Source: Acidobacteriota bacterium
GTDB taxonomy: Bacteria; Acidobacteriota; UBA890; WLXD01
Assembly: GCA_965248695.1 (NCBI GenBank)
Contig: CBDFKD010000002.1
Location: forward strand, 1,888,001 to 1,952,000
DNA: 64,000 nt
Direction: 5' to 3'
The position numbers and the translations under genes were made by a program. The notes beneath the pieces are model-generated. The model made no database searches. It was not told the DNA's origin and saw nothing but the letters and a program-made list of their open reading frames with translations. Each line of letters opens with the position of its first letter. Position 1 is the stretch's first letter. Positions 18,368 through 27,604 of the stretch are shown in pieces.

Positions 18368-19935
18368 GATCGCGACTCGCGATTCTGCGCCGCTTCTCGA
18401 AGTTGCGATTTCAACACCTTACCGGCGGCGTTCTTCGGAAGATGCTCGGCAAGCTCTACGACTGTCGGAACCATGTGATTGGGCAGATGCTGGTGACAGT
18501 GACGCACGATCGTCTTGTCGCTGAGCTCTCCATGGCCCACTGGCACGACCACGGCCTTGACGGCCTCGCCCCAGATCTCGTCCGGCACGCCGATGACGGC
18601 TACCTCGACCACCTCCGCCAACGCGGCGATTACCTCCTCGATGTCTCGCGGGCTAATGCGGATGCCCATCGATTTTATGAAGTCACGGGCGCGATCGACG
18701 ATGAAGATGAAGCCGTCGCGGTCGACACGCGCCAGATCTCGAGTTCGGAGCTTGCCACCGCCGAAATACGTCTGTGTACCGCTGGCGTCGTTCCAGTAGC
18801 CGGGGCTTATGTTGTCGCCGGTAGCAACGATCTCGCCGACCTCGTCTGAGCCGGGACGGACCGGAGAGCCATCGTCCTTCAGGACCTCGAGAACGGTCGA
18901 CGGCAAGCCACGACCGATTGAGCCGATCTTGTCCCCGAGCCGCTCGGGAGGTAGGTAGGAGAGCCTGGCAGTGGCCTCCGTTTGGCCATACATGACGTAG
19001 AAGCGCACTTCCGGAAACGCATCGCGGACCTCACGGATGAAGGGCTCCGGGAGACTACCGCCAGCTTGCTGGAGCCAGCGGAGCGCCGGGAGCTGGCGCT
19101 CCCTGAAATGGCTTCGCCGCAGCAGGATCTGGTAGGTCGACGGCACGCCGGCAAGGCCGCTACAGCCCTTGGCCTCCATGTCGTCGAGCACTTTCTCGGG
19201 AAACATGAAGCCGTTGTTGATCACCACAGAGGCGCCGGCCAGCAGGTGCGCATGCAGCACCGACAGGCCGTAGCAATAGTGCAACGGCAACACCAGCATG
19301 GCGCGATCGGTCGGCGCGAGACCCATGTACTCGACGATGTCGCTCGCATTGGCGCTGATGTTGCGGTGGGTAATCATGACGCCCTTCGGAACCCCGGTAG
19401 AGCCGGACGTGAAGAAAAGCGCCGCCAGAGCGCTATCCGCTTCCTCGGAAGCCGATGCGCTCGGTGCGGTTGCGAGGGAGCCGCCGGTGTCCAACCTCAG
19501 CTCCTCCTCGGACCACAGTTCGGTCCCGGTCGCGGTAGCGCTGGCGCTGACGTCGTCGTCAGGCGCGATCCGCGCCGTGACCAGCAACAGCTGCATATCG
19601 GTATCGGCCATGATTCGCCCTAGCCGCTCCGCCGGTAGGGTCAGCGGTAAGGGCACGACGCACAGGCCAGACCGGATCGTTGCCAGATAGGCAACGACGA
19701 AGAAGAGGCCGTTCTCCGCTACCAGCCCGACCCTCGAGCCCGGAGCCAGGCCGCGCGACACCAGCTGCGTAACGGCCTCGTCTACGCGCTCCCGAAGCTG
19801 CGCGTAGGTGACCGTGTCGGCGCCAATCAACAGCGCCGGATCGGCGGCGCCACCGACCGCGAGAAGTTGCTCGGCGACGTTGGTTGACGCCCGTAGCGCC
19901 GCTTCGCGCGAGCTCGCGGCGGCGCTGCCGGTCAC
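18364..19935 (-). CDS. AMP-forming acyl-CoA/acyl-ACP ligase
   Basis: FTSGSTGVPKGV, MYGQTEATAR, LPKNAAGKV. GTG start overlaps the ACP stop (GTGA). Confidence 0.92.
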   Translation of the reverse strand: MTGSAAASSREAALRASTNVAEQLLAVGGAADPALLIGADTVTYAQLRERVDEAVTQLVSRGLAPGSRVGLVAENGLFFVVAYLATIRSGLCVVPLPLTLPAERLGRIMADTDMQLLLVTARIAPDDDVSASATATGTELWSEEELRLDTGGSLATAPSASASEEADSALAALFFTSGSTGVPKGVMITHRNISANASDIVEYMGLAPTDRAMLVLPLHYCYGLSVLHAHLLAGASVVINNGFMFPEKVLDDMEAKGCSGLAGVPSTYQILLRRSHFRERQLPALRWLQQAGGSLPEPFIREVRDAFPEVRFYVMYGQTEATARLSYLPPERLGDKIGSIGRGLPSTVLEVLKDDGSPVRPGSDEVGEIVATGDNISPGYWNDASGTQTYFGGGKLRTRDLARVDRDGFIFIVDRARDFIKSMGIRISPRDIEEVIAALAEVVEVAVIGVPDEIWGEAVKAVVVPVGHGELSDKTIVRHCHQHLPNHMVPTVVELAEHLPKNAAGKVLKSQLREAAQNRESRS

Positions 19936-20168
19936 TCGATCCCCTTGGTAGCCAGGATCTCCAGGATCTTCCTGACGTCGACCATCTCCATGATCTCGTC
20001 GACCTCGAACTCGACCCCGAAGGCGTCCTCCATCGCAGCCACCAGATTCATATGACCAATCGAATCCCATTTCTTGACGTCATCCGGAACGGTGTCGGAA
20101 CCGAAGCGCGCCGGATCATGCGCGAACGTCTCCTCGAACACCGATGCCAATCGATCGATCATGGCCAT
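19932..20168 (-). CDS. Acyl carrier protein
   Basis: 78 aa, acidic, phosphopantetheine site WDSIGHMNL..MEDAFGVEF. Confidence 0.92.
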   Translation of the reverse strand: MAMIDRLASVFEETFAHDPARFGSDTVPDDVKKWDSIGHMNLVAAMEDAFGVEFEVDEIMEMVDVRKILEILATKGIE

Positions 20169-20208
20169 GCTGTCTCCGGTTGCCGGTCTTTCGCACCCCG
20201 TTCCGACC

Positions 20209-20925
20209 TCACAAAGCCATTCCGCCGTCGACCGAAAAGACGGCACCCGTAACGCCGGTTGCGGCGTCGGAAACCAGCCAGCTCACCAGGCTGGCTACGT
20301 CATCGGCGCTCTGCAATCTCCCGAGCGGAACGCTCCTCTCGATCATCGCGAACATCGCGCGGCTGGTGAGATTCGTCTTCACGGCTCCGGGCGCGACCGC
20401 GATCGCCCGAATGCCCGCAGCGGCGTACTCGGCGGCAACACTCCGCGTGTACTGGATCAAACCGGCCTTCGAGGCCGCGTAGACCGCTAGCTTGGGCGAG
20501 GCTTTGAGGCCGGCGACCGATGCGATGTTGACGATGAGCCCGGGCGTCTCGCGCCTCTTCATCACGCTCAGCGCCGCGGCGCTCAAACGAAGCGGCGCTG
20601 CCAGGTTGGTCTGCAGTTGCTCATCAATCGTCTCGGCGTCGGCATCGTGGGCGTTCTGAAAACGCATTACGCCGGCGTTGTTTATCAGCACGTCGAGGCC
20701 GGCTCGGTGGGCGGTGATCGATTCGAGCAGCGCTGCCGTGCCGTCGAGATCCCGCACGTCGGCCTGGTGATACCCGACCTTACCGGCGAGCTCACCGGCG
20801 CTCTCGGCCCAATCCGCCGGCTCACGCCGGGCGATGATATCCACCGTGTGGTCATCGGCGGCCAGGCGTTGCGCGATCGCCAGCCCGATCCCCGAGGTAC
20901 CCCCGGTGATGATGATTCTCTTCAT
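20209..20925 (-). CDS. SDR oxidoreductase (FabG-like)
   Basis: TGGTSGIG, NNAG, YAASK, VDGG. Confidence 0.92.
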   Translation of the reverse strand: MKRIIITGGTSGIGLAIAQRLAADDHTVDIIARREPADWAESAGELAGKVGYHQADVRDLDGTAALLESITAHRAGLDVLINNAGVMRFQNAHDADAETIDEQLQTNLAAPLRLSAAALSVMKRRETPGLIVNIASVAGLKASPKLAVYAASKAGLIQYTRSVAAEYAAAGIRAIAVAPGAVKTNLTSRAMFAMIERSVPLGRLQSADDVASLVSWLVSDAATGVTGAVFSVDGGMAL

Positions 20926-20959
20926 AGGCTCTCCCCCAAAGAGCCTTCGCCCCTGAGTT

Positions 20960-22027
20960 CTATAACACGTCGGGCGGCTCGGGACTCGCCTCGGCGGGAG
21001 TCGGTGGCGACGCGCTCGCGCGCGCCTCGGCAGACGTCGCATCACGCAAGTGCACCCCCTCGGAGGTCAGAAACCAGAGGCCGAGTAGCGTCGGCGGCGC
21101 GAACGTCAGCGCGTGAATCAACAGCGAGTAGCCCAGCGCCTCACCCTTGGGCACGCCGAAAATGCCCAGCGCAACGATGCAGCCAGCCTGGAACGTGCCC
21201 ACGAAACCAGGCGCCGCCGGAATCATGACGAACACCGCGACCAGCGTTGTGGCTACGATGGCGAGACGGAACAGGGGGACTCCGTAGGTAACGCCCAGAT
21301 CCATCGCCAACGCGGTCAGCGCAAACGGGGCCGCCAGCGTCACCCACACGTAAGCGCTGGCGAGCAAGATCAACAGCAACTGACGCAGATCCGTCAGGGC
21401 ATATAGGCCGGCCGCGAAGGAGTGGACGGTGGCGCGAAGCGGCTTACCGAGACCGATCGGCAACGGATCGGTAATCCGATCGAGCCACCGCAGAAAGGCA
21501 CTCTGAAACAGGATCAGAGCCAGGATCAGGATCGTCGCGAGGGCGGCTACTGCCCCCAGCAAGCGCACCGCCGCGGTCACCTGCGGGCTGGCGCTATCCG
21601 GGATCGGCACGAGGATGATGGCGACCGCCAGCATGGCGCCGACCGTCACCATGTCGAACACGCGCTCCAGCACGACGGTCGCAAAGGCGGCGGAGAACGG
21701 CAGCTTCTCCTTACGAGCGATCGAGTACGCCTTGACACCCTCGCCGGCGCGCAACGGCAACACCGCGTTGGCGGCGAACCCCACCGCCTGGGAGGCGAAG
21801 AGCGTAGGCGCCGGTACGGGGCGCAGGTGCGCGAACAGCAGGCGCCAGCGCTGCGCCCGCGCCTGGAGCGACAGGAGCGAGGTGGCGGCCACCAGCACCA
21901 GCCAACCCGGCCTGGCAGTCCGCACGACGTGCCACACCTCGATGATCGAGACGTCGCGCGTGGCGATCCAGAGGAACACGGCGCTCACCGCCATGCCGAT
22001 CGCCAGCTGCAAGTATCGCTTGTTCAC
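20960..22027 (-). CDS. Lysylphosphatidylglycerol-synthase TM / UPF0104 flippase-like membrane protein
   Basis: RAQRW, NAVLPLRAGE, ATVVLERVFD, PAAPGFVG; about 8-9 TMs. Confidence 0.88.
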   Translation of the reverse strand: MNKRYLQLAIGMAVSAVFLWIATRDVSIIEVWHVVRTARPGWLVLVAATSLLSLQARAQRWRLLFAHLRPVPAPTLFASQAVGFAANAVLPLRAGEGVKAYSIARKEKLPFSAAFATVVLERVFDMVTVGAMLAVAIILVPIPDSASPQVTAAVRLLGAVAALATILILALILFQSAFLRWLDRITDPLPIGLGKPLRATVHSFAAGLYALTDLRQLLLILLASAYVWVTLAAPFALTALAMDLGVTYGVPLFRLAIVATTLVAVFVMIPAAPGFVGTFQAGCIVALGIFGVPKGEALGYSLLIHALTFAPPTLLGLWFLTSEGVHLRDATSAEARASASPPTPAEASPEPPDVL

Positions 22028-22118
22028 GAACGAGGCTCGTTGGGAGGCTTCGGGCGGGCGCTCGGTCCTGTCAGGGGAAGCACGGTGGGAGCGCGTTTAC
22101 GGTAGCCGTCGGCAGAGC

Positions 22119-22154
22119 AAAGAAAAAGCCCGGGAGCACGCCGGCTCCCGGGCT
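22119..22154 (-). terminator. Rho-independent terminator of hsp20
   Basis: Perfect 11-bp stem AGCCCGGGAGC/GCTCCCGGGCT (22127-22154), followed on the minus strand by a U-rich tract (plus strand AAAGAAAA). Confidence 0.88.
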
Positions 22155-22177
22155 CAGATCGATCGTTCGGCGAGCGC

Positions 22178-22642
22178 TTAGTTGACGGTCACCGCGATCT
22201 TCTTCGGCTTCGCCTGCTCGACCTTCGGCAGGCTGATCACGAGCACACCGGCATTGAACCGAGCGTCGATGCCCTCCTGATCCACCGCCGTCGGAAGGTT
22301 GAATGTGCGTGAGAAACTGCCGTAGCCGCTCTCGATGCGACGGTAATGACCATCCGTCGCGTCGTCGTTGAACCGCTTCTCACCCTTGAGGGTGAGCCTG
22401 CCGTCCTCGAGCGTGATCTCGACATCCCCGTCCGCGAGACCGGGTAACTCGGCGCGCAGCAAGATCTGATCCTCCTGCTCGACGACATCCACTGCCGGCG
22501 TCCACGCGGGTGCGTCACCGGCAGCTTCCGCGCCGGCCTCGCGATGATTGAAGAAGCGCGCCCAGTTGCGGCCGAAAGCATCGTCGAAGCCGCGCTGCAG
22601 CTGTACGAAGTGGGGAAAGGCGTCTGTACGTCGAACCAGCAT
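22178..22642 (-). CDS. Hsp20/alpha-crystallin small heat-shock protein
   Basis: WTPAVDV, AELPGL, LTLKGEK, YGSFSRTFNLP, GVLVISLPK, C-terminal IxV. AGGAGG precedes ATG 22642. Confidence 0.95.
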   Translation of the reverse strand: MLVRRTDAFPHFVQLQRGFDDAFGRNWARFFNHREAGAEAAGDAPAWTPAVDVVEQEDQILLRAELPGLADGDVEITLEDGRLTLKGEKRFNDDATDGHYRRIESGYGSFSRTFNLPTAVDQEGIDARFNAGVLVISLPKVEQAKPKKIAVTVN

Positions 22643-22707
22643 TTGTCGTCCTCCTGGAAACCAAAGACCGAGTGGGGACACGGCCCCGATCGGTAACAGC
22701 TGAGGAC

Positions 22708-22736
22708 ATCATAAAATCTGATGATCTATTAATCAA
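22708..22736 (-). promoter_or_regulatory. Sigma70-type promoter of hsp20
   Basis: Minus strand reads TTGATT-N17-TATGAT within an AT-rich patch. Confidence 0.75.
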
Positions 22737-22759
22737 GTCTTATTATTAGAATTACTAAG
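22717..22759. promoter_or_regulatory. Two tandem HAIR-like (7-7-7) inverted-repeat operators
   Basis: TCTGATG-N7-AATCAAG (22717-22737) and CTTATTA-N7-TACTAAG (22739-22759). The HspR HAIR consensus is CTTGAGT-N7-ACTCAAG. Confidence 0.5.
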
Positions 22760-22836
22760 ATCTCAGACGACCCGCCCATAGGACGCGTAACTTGCTGTAC
22801 ATCAGGGGGTTATTCGTTGGACTGGGCGACCGCGCC

Positions 22837-23781
22837 TCAGAGGGAGGGGGTCAGATCCGGATGATTGGCGGCAAAGTAACGGCTCATCGCGTCACGCCAG
22901 TGCGGCAGGTCGTGCAACCCGAGCTCGCGCAGCGCGGCATTATCCAGAGCGGTGTAGTCGGAACGCTTGGCGGGCGCACCGAACTCGGCGGCGGTGGTGG
23001 GGCCGAGGTGCCGTCGCGCACCGACGGCATTGAAGACAATCTCGGCAATCTCGAACCATGTCGCCTGCCCGGTGTTGGCGACGTGGAACAACCCGCAGGC
23101 GCCACAGCCCAGCAGTTCCCAGATCGCCGCGGCCAGATCGATCGCGTAGGTGGGGCTCACAACTTGATCGTTCACCACTCTTGTCTCGGCCCCCTGCCTG
23201 GCACGCTCGAGCATGCGCTCGATGAAGGGAGGCGTTCCGTGTCCCTGCCGGGCTCTGCCGTAGACTGCCGACGTTCGCACGACCATGTGCATCTCGGAAG
23301 CAGCCAGCACGAGGTGCTCGCCTGCCAGCTTCGAGGCGGCGTATACGCTCTGAGGCGCTGGCAGGTCGGACTCCCGAAACGGGACTCGGCGCACACCTCC
23401 GAACACGTAGTCGGTCGACAGGTGGACCAGCCGCGTCGCGGCCCTCTTGCACGCCAGCGCCAGCGTACCGGCCGCCGTCGCATTGACGCGAAAGGCCTGG
23501 GCGGGCTCGGTCTCACACAGGTCCACCGGCTGGAAGACGGCGCAGTTGACGGCGGCACGGGCGCGTTGATCTTGCAGCAACTCCTCGACCCGCGCCGCGT
23601 CCGTGATGTCGGCGTCGCCGCGACCCAGCTGCACGACAGTGCCCGGATCATGTCCCGCGTCCGCCGCCGTCGCTGCGAGCGCTTCGCCTACCTGGCCGAA
23701 GCCTCCGAACACCAGGACCCTATCGTGTGAAGCTATATCCGCCTCCGAGGTAGTAGCTCCGTAAACCCGAGCGCAACGCAT
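22837..23781 (-). CDS. rfbD: dTDP-4-dehydrorhamnose reductase (start uncertain)
   Basis: VLVFGGFGQVG, HLSTDYVFGG, YAASKLAGE, VVNDQVVSPT. Confidence 0.9.
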   Translation of the reverse strand: MRCARVYGATTSEADIASHDRVLVFGGFGQVGEALAATAADAGHDPGTVVQLGRGDADITDAARVEELLQDQRARAAVNCAVFQPVDLCETEPAQAFRVNATAAGTLALACKRAATRLVHLSTDYVFGGVRRVPFRESDLPAPQSVYAASKLAGEHLVLAASEMHMVVRTSAVYGRARQGHGTPPFIERMLERARQGAETRVVNDQVVSPTYAIDLAAAIWELLGCGACGLFHVANTGQATWFEIAEIVFNAVGARRHLGPTTAAEFGAPAKRSDYTALDNAALRELGLHDLPHWRDAMSRYFAANHPDLTPSL

Positions 23782-25186
23782 CGTCCCAACCGCCGGTCAC
23801 GAAGAAGCGGCTGCCGAGACTCCATTGAAATCGCAGCTTGACGTGCGGATCAGGGTCGCGGCCGAGGTCCCACACCTCGCCGATGAGGCGCAGCCGATCC
23901 CGCGCGGCGAAGAAGTCGACTCCGAAGCCCGCCTGCGATTCGAGGATGCCACCGCGGACCTGGAATCGGCCGAATCGTTGCGCCATCAGGGCACTGACCC
24001 GGAACCCCTCAGCACGAACCAACTTGCGCTCGAGCTGCGTCGCCAGCAAATCCCCGGTGACAGGATCGAAGGTCTGCGTCGTGATGTTGGTCTCAGTAAT
24101 GCCGCCGATGTTGTCGTCGACCAGATGGAACTCGAACCCCCGCCCCGATCCCGACTCACCGAGCTCCAGGCGAATCCCGAAGTAGTTCTTGCTCGACTCG
24201 AGGCGCTCGTAGAATTCCGAACGCCACTCGAAGCTGAACTGCGCCTCACCCACGCGACGGAAGAAAGTGTCGGCGGCTGCCAGGCTGTCATCAACCGAAT
24301 CGAGGGCTTCGTTGAGTCGATCAACGGTATCCGACTCATTGACCAGCCGGCCGACCGTGCCCTCGCCCCGATTGGCCTTGCCGAGGATTTCCTCCAGGTC
24401 GGCGGCGGAGCGCTGCAGTCGTTCGGAAACGTCGAGTAGGTTCTCACCGGCGTTGCCGAGACCGTCGCTGTTGCGTTCGATGGCTGCGGTCACCTCGGCT
24501 GACAGACCGCGCATTTCCTCGACCAGCTGGGGCAGGCTTTCCTTGAGCGTTACCGACAGCTCGCTGATGTTGCCAAACGCCGTGTCCATGTTGCCGAAGC
24601 CCGAGTCGATGTTGGCACGGTTGTCCGTCAGAATCGCTTCGAAGCGTTCGGTCACGCTCTGGACATTGCCGAGAATCTCACGCAGCGACGCCTCGCCCTC
24701 TTCGGTACCGAGCACTGCCGACAACGTGCGCGTCGTGAGCTCGAGATTGCGGGCGATGCTCGAGACCACTTCGACCATCTGATCGACCGACACCGGATCA
24801 CCGCCACGGATCCAGCCGCCGGCCGCAACGAGCGGACGTCCCGGCGAGCCCGGCTGCAGATCGAGCACGCGGTCGCCGAGCATGCCGGTCGATCCGACGA
24901 TTGCCACCGCATCGTCGTGCACCTCCACCGCGTCTTGCAGTCGGAGCTCGACCTCTGCGACGCCCTCCTGCATGTTCAGCCGCACTGCCGAGACCGTGCC
25001 GACTCGTACTCCGGCTAGCAGGACCGGGTCATCCTGCCCGATGCCGGCAGCGTTCTCGAAGCGCACGTTAACGATGTAGCCATCGTCGGTGCGGAAGCTA
25101 CCGATGTCCTCGATCTTGATGACGAAAAACGCCAGGGCGACGATCGCCACCAGTACCAACACGCCGACTTTGATTTCCGAACGCAT
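23720..25186 (-). CDS. mlaD: Long MCE/MlaD protein with helical region and beta-rich C-terminal domain
   Basis: EIKVGVLV TM, MCE motifs (VLLAGVRVGTV, GMLGDRVLDL), long helical linker, GEGTVGRLV, C-terminal amphipathic strands. Confidence 0.88.
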   Translation of the reverse strand: MRSEIKVGVLVLVAIVALAFFVIKIEDIGSFRTDDGYIVNVRFENAAGIGQDDPVLLAGVRVGTVSAVRLNMQEGVAEVELRLQDAVEVHDDAVAIVGSTGMLGDRVLDLQPGSPGRPLVAAGGWIRGGDPVSVDQMVEVVSSIARNLELTTRTLSAVLGTEEGEASLREILGNVQSVTERFEAILTDNRANIDSGFGNMDTAFGNISELSVTLKESLPQLVEEMRGLSAEVTAAIERNSDGLGNAGENLLDVSERLQRSAADLEEILGKANRGEGTVGRLVNESDTVDRLNEALDSVDDSLAAADTFFRRVGEAQFSFEWRSEFYERLESSKNYFGIRLELGESGSGRGFEFHLVDDNIGGITETNITTQTFDPVTGDLLATQLERKLVRAEGFRVSALMAQRFGRFQVRGGILESQAGFGVDFFAARDRLRLIGEVWDLGRDPDPHVKLRFQWSLGSRFFVTGGWDDALRSGLRSYYLGGGYSFTR

Positions 25187-25417
25187 ACGCTTGCCTCCGC
25201 GAGGGCGCCGCGTGTCTACACGCCGGCGACCCCTCGGACTAAGAATAGCGGCTGCCAGCCAAAGCTGCGCGATGGACCCCTTTTCGGACCATGGTAGATT
25301 GGCCGGCCTCAAGATCCACGGTCGGCACCGAGCTCGGTCGGCCGACACAGAGTCACCGCCGCCCGCGCCGGATCAACGGTCGGCTCGCCGTCTGACCGCT
25401 CAGGAGCACCGAGGCTC

Positions 25418-25990
25418 ATGCCACTCGAGTTTGCGCCCACGGACATCCCCGATGTGCTCCTGATCCGGTCGGAGCTGATGAGCGACGCTCGCGGCGGCTT
25501 TCTAGAGACCTTCAGACGCTCCCTGCTTGCGGCTCAGGGGGCCGATGTCCACGTCGTACAGGTCAATGAGTCGATCTCGGACGCGAAGGTGCTACGTGGC
25601 ATGCACTACCAGCTCGAGCCCCACGGGCAGGGCAAGCTGGTGCGGGTGTTGCGCGGCGCGGTGCTGGACGTCGCCATCGATCTGCGGCGCGGCTCGCCAT
25701 GGTTCGGCCGGCATGTCGCGGCCGAGCTCAGCGCTGAGAACCGCAGCCTGATGTGGATCCCATCGGGGTTCGCTCACGGCTTCTGCGCCCTCGAAGACGA
25801 CACCCATTTCCTCTACTTGCAGACCACCGAGTACGCTCCCGAGGCAGAAGCCGGAGTGAATCCCTTCGACCCGGCACTGGGGCTCGAATGGCCATTCCCG
25901 CGCGACGAGCTGACGCTGTCGGACAAGGACGTGGATCTGCCGCCACTATCGTCGGCGCGCCTCAATTTCGACTATCACGCCGAAGGTTGA
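25418..25990 (+). CDS. rfbC: dTDP-4-dehydrorhamnose 3,5-epimerase
   Basis: DARGGFLE, VLRGMHYQ, QGKLVRV, DVAIDLRRGSP, GFAHGF, LSDKD. Confidence 0.95.
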   Translation: MPLEFAPTDIPDVLLIRSELMSDARGGFLETFRRSLLAAQGADVHVVQVNESISDAKVLRGMHYQLEPHGQGKLVRVLRGAVLDVAIDLRRGSPWFGRHVAAELSAENRSLMWIPSGFAHGFCALEDDTHFLYLQTTEYAPEAEAGVNPFDPALGLEWPFPRDELTLSDKDVDLPPLSSARLNFDYHAEG

Positions 25991-26060
25991 GCCCGGATCG
26001 GGCCGGGCGGTCGTCGGACGGTCCGGTTTTCATCACCGGTTTCACCACCGCCCGCTACCG

Positions 26061-26831
26061 CTACATCATCTTGATGGGGCCGTCGGCGCGCCCGTTGATG
26101 AACTGCTGAACAACGGCGTTGTCGCTCTCCTGGATTTCCTGTGGAGTGCCGATCTCCTCGATCTTGCCGTCGTACAGCATGGCGATTCGATCCGCGACCT
26201 TGTAGGCAGAGACCATGTCATGCGTGATGGTCAGCGAGGTTGCGTTCAGGCGTTCGTTCAGATCAACGATCAGGTGGTTGATCTGGTCGGCGAGAATCGG
26301 GTCGAGGCCCGTGGTGGGCTCATCGTAAAGAATGATCTCCGGGTCGAGCGCGATGGCGCGAGCCAGCCCAACGCGCTTCTTCATGCCGCCTGAAAGCTCC
26401 GCCGGCACCTTGTCCTCGCTGCCCTTCAAGCCCACCCAGCTCAGTACCTCGCGCACCCGCTCCTGTATCCGCGTCTCCGGCCACTTGCGATGCTGCCGGA
26501 GGGCGAAGGCGACGTTGTCGCCGACGTTCATCGAGTCGAACAGTGCAGCGTACTGAAAAAGCATGCCCATACGCCGGCGGAGCTTCGAGAGACCCGCCCG
26601 CCCGAGCTTCGACACCGAGGCCCCATCGACCGTCACTTCGCCCTCGTCCGGAGCCAACAGGCCGATGACGTGCTTGATCAGCACGCTCTTACCGGTACCG
26701 GAGCTGCCTATGATCACCAACGATTCACCGCGGCTGACATCCAGGTCGACGCCGCGCAATACGGACACGTCGCCGAAGCTCTTGTGCAACCCGTGTACGC
26801 CGATGAACGGTTTCTCGGTCACGTGTCCCAT
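26061..26831 (-). CDS. mlaF: Mla-type ABC transporter ATPase
   Basis: GSSGTGKS, FQYAALFDSM, ELSGGMKKRVGLARA, YDEPTTGLDP, ITHD. Confidence 0.93.
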   Translation of the reverse strand: MGHVTEKPFIGVHGLHKSFGDVSVLRGVDLDVSRGESLVIIGSSGTGKSVLIKHVIGLLAPDEGEVTVDGASVSKLGRAGLSKLRRRMGMLFQYAALFDSMNVGDNVAFALRQHRKWPETRIQERVREVLSWVGLKGSEDKVPAELSGGMKKRVGLARAIALDPEIILYDEPTTGLDPILADQINHLIVDLNERLNATSLTITHDMVSAYKVADRIAMLYDGKIEEIGTPQEIQESDNAVVQQFINGRADGPIKMM

Positions 26832-27604
26832 AGCACGAGCAGCGCCTTGGTGAGGAAGAAATCGGAGACCAGAATCGCCATGCTGCTGGTAACGACGGCT
26901 GACGTCGTAGCCCTGCCGACGCCCTCGGCCCCGCCGCTGGTGTTGAATCCCCGTGTGCAGGAAAAGACCGCGATCATGATTCCGAAGATCGACGCCTTGA
27001 TCAATCCGGAGGTAACGTCATCGACAGTGATGAAAGCGAAGCTGGCGTCCCAGTAGGCGGTCGCACGCGCGTCGTTCATATACACGGAGACCACGTAGCC
27101 ACCCATGATGCCCAGAAGGTCGCCGATAACCACCACCACCGGCAGCATCGTTGCGGCGGCGATGACACGCGGCACCACGAGGTATTTCACCGGGTCGGTC
27201 GCCATCGCCTCCATGGCGTCGAGCTGCTCGGTGACACGCATCGTGCCGATTTCGGCGGCCATCGCCCCGCCGGCCCGCCCGGCAACCATGAGCGCCCCGA
27301 GCACCGGAATCAGCTCGCGCGTCATCGCCAGCGATACCGAGAAAGCCACCAGCGTCGTTGCACCGAACTGCTCGAAGCCTTCCCAGATCTGCAGAGCGAA
27401 TACGGCGCCCGAGAAGACGGCCGTGACCACGATGACCGGCAGCGAGCGGTTGCCGATCTCGAGCATCTGCTGAAACCAGTTGCGCACGTACCACGGCCGC
27501 CGGGTGAGGCTCGTCAGTGAATGCCAGAGCAGCAGCCACGATGTGCCGGTCGACTCGACGAAGCCGATCACAAAGCGTCCGATGGTCGCGACGAATCGAC
27601 TCAT
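26819..27604 (-). CDS. mlaE: MlaE permease
   Basis: RELIPV, AGRAGGAMAAEIGTMRVTEQLDA, GGAEGVGRATT. Confidence 0.95.
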   Translation of the reverse strand: MSRFVATIGRFVIGFVESTGTSWLLLWHSLTSLTRRPWYVRNWFQQMLEIGNRSLPVIVVTAVFSGAVFALQIWEGFEQFGATTLVAFSVSLAMTRELIPVLGALMVAGRAGGAMAAEIGTMRVTEQLDAMEAMATDPVKYLVVPRVIAAATMLPVVVVIGDLLGIMGGYVVSVYMNDARATAYWDASFAFITVDDVTSGLIKASIFGIMIAVFSCTRGFNTSGGAEGVGRATTSAVVTSSMAILVSDFFLTKALLVLWDT

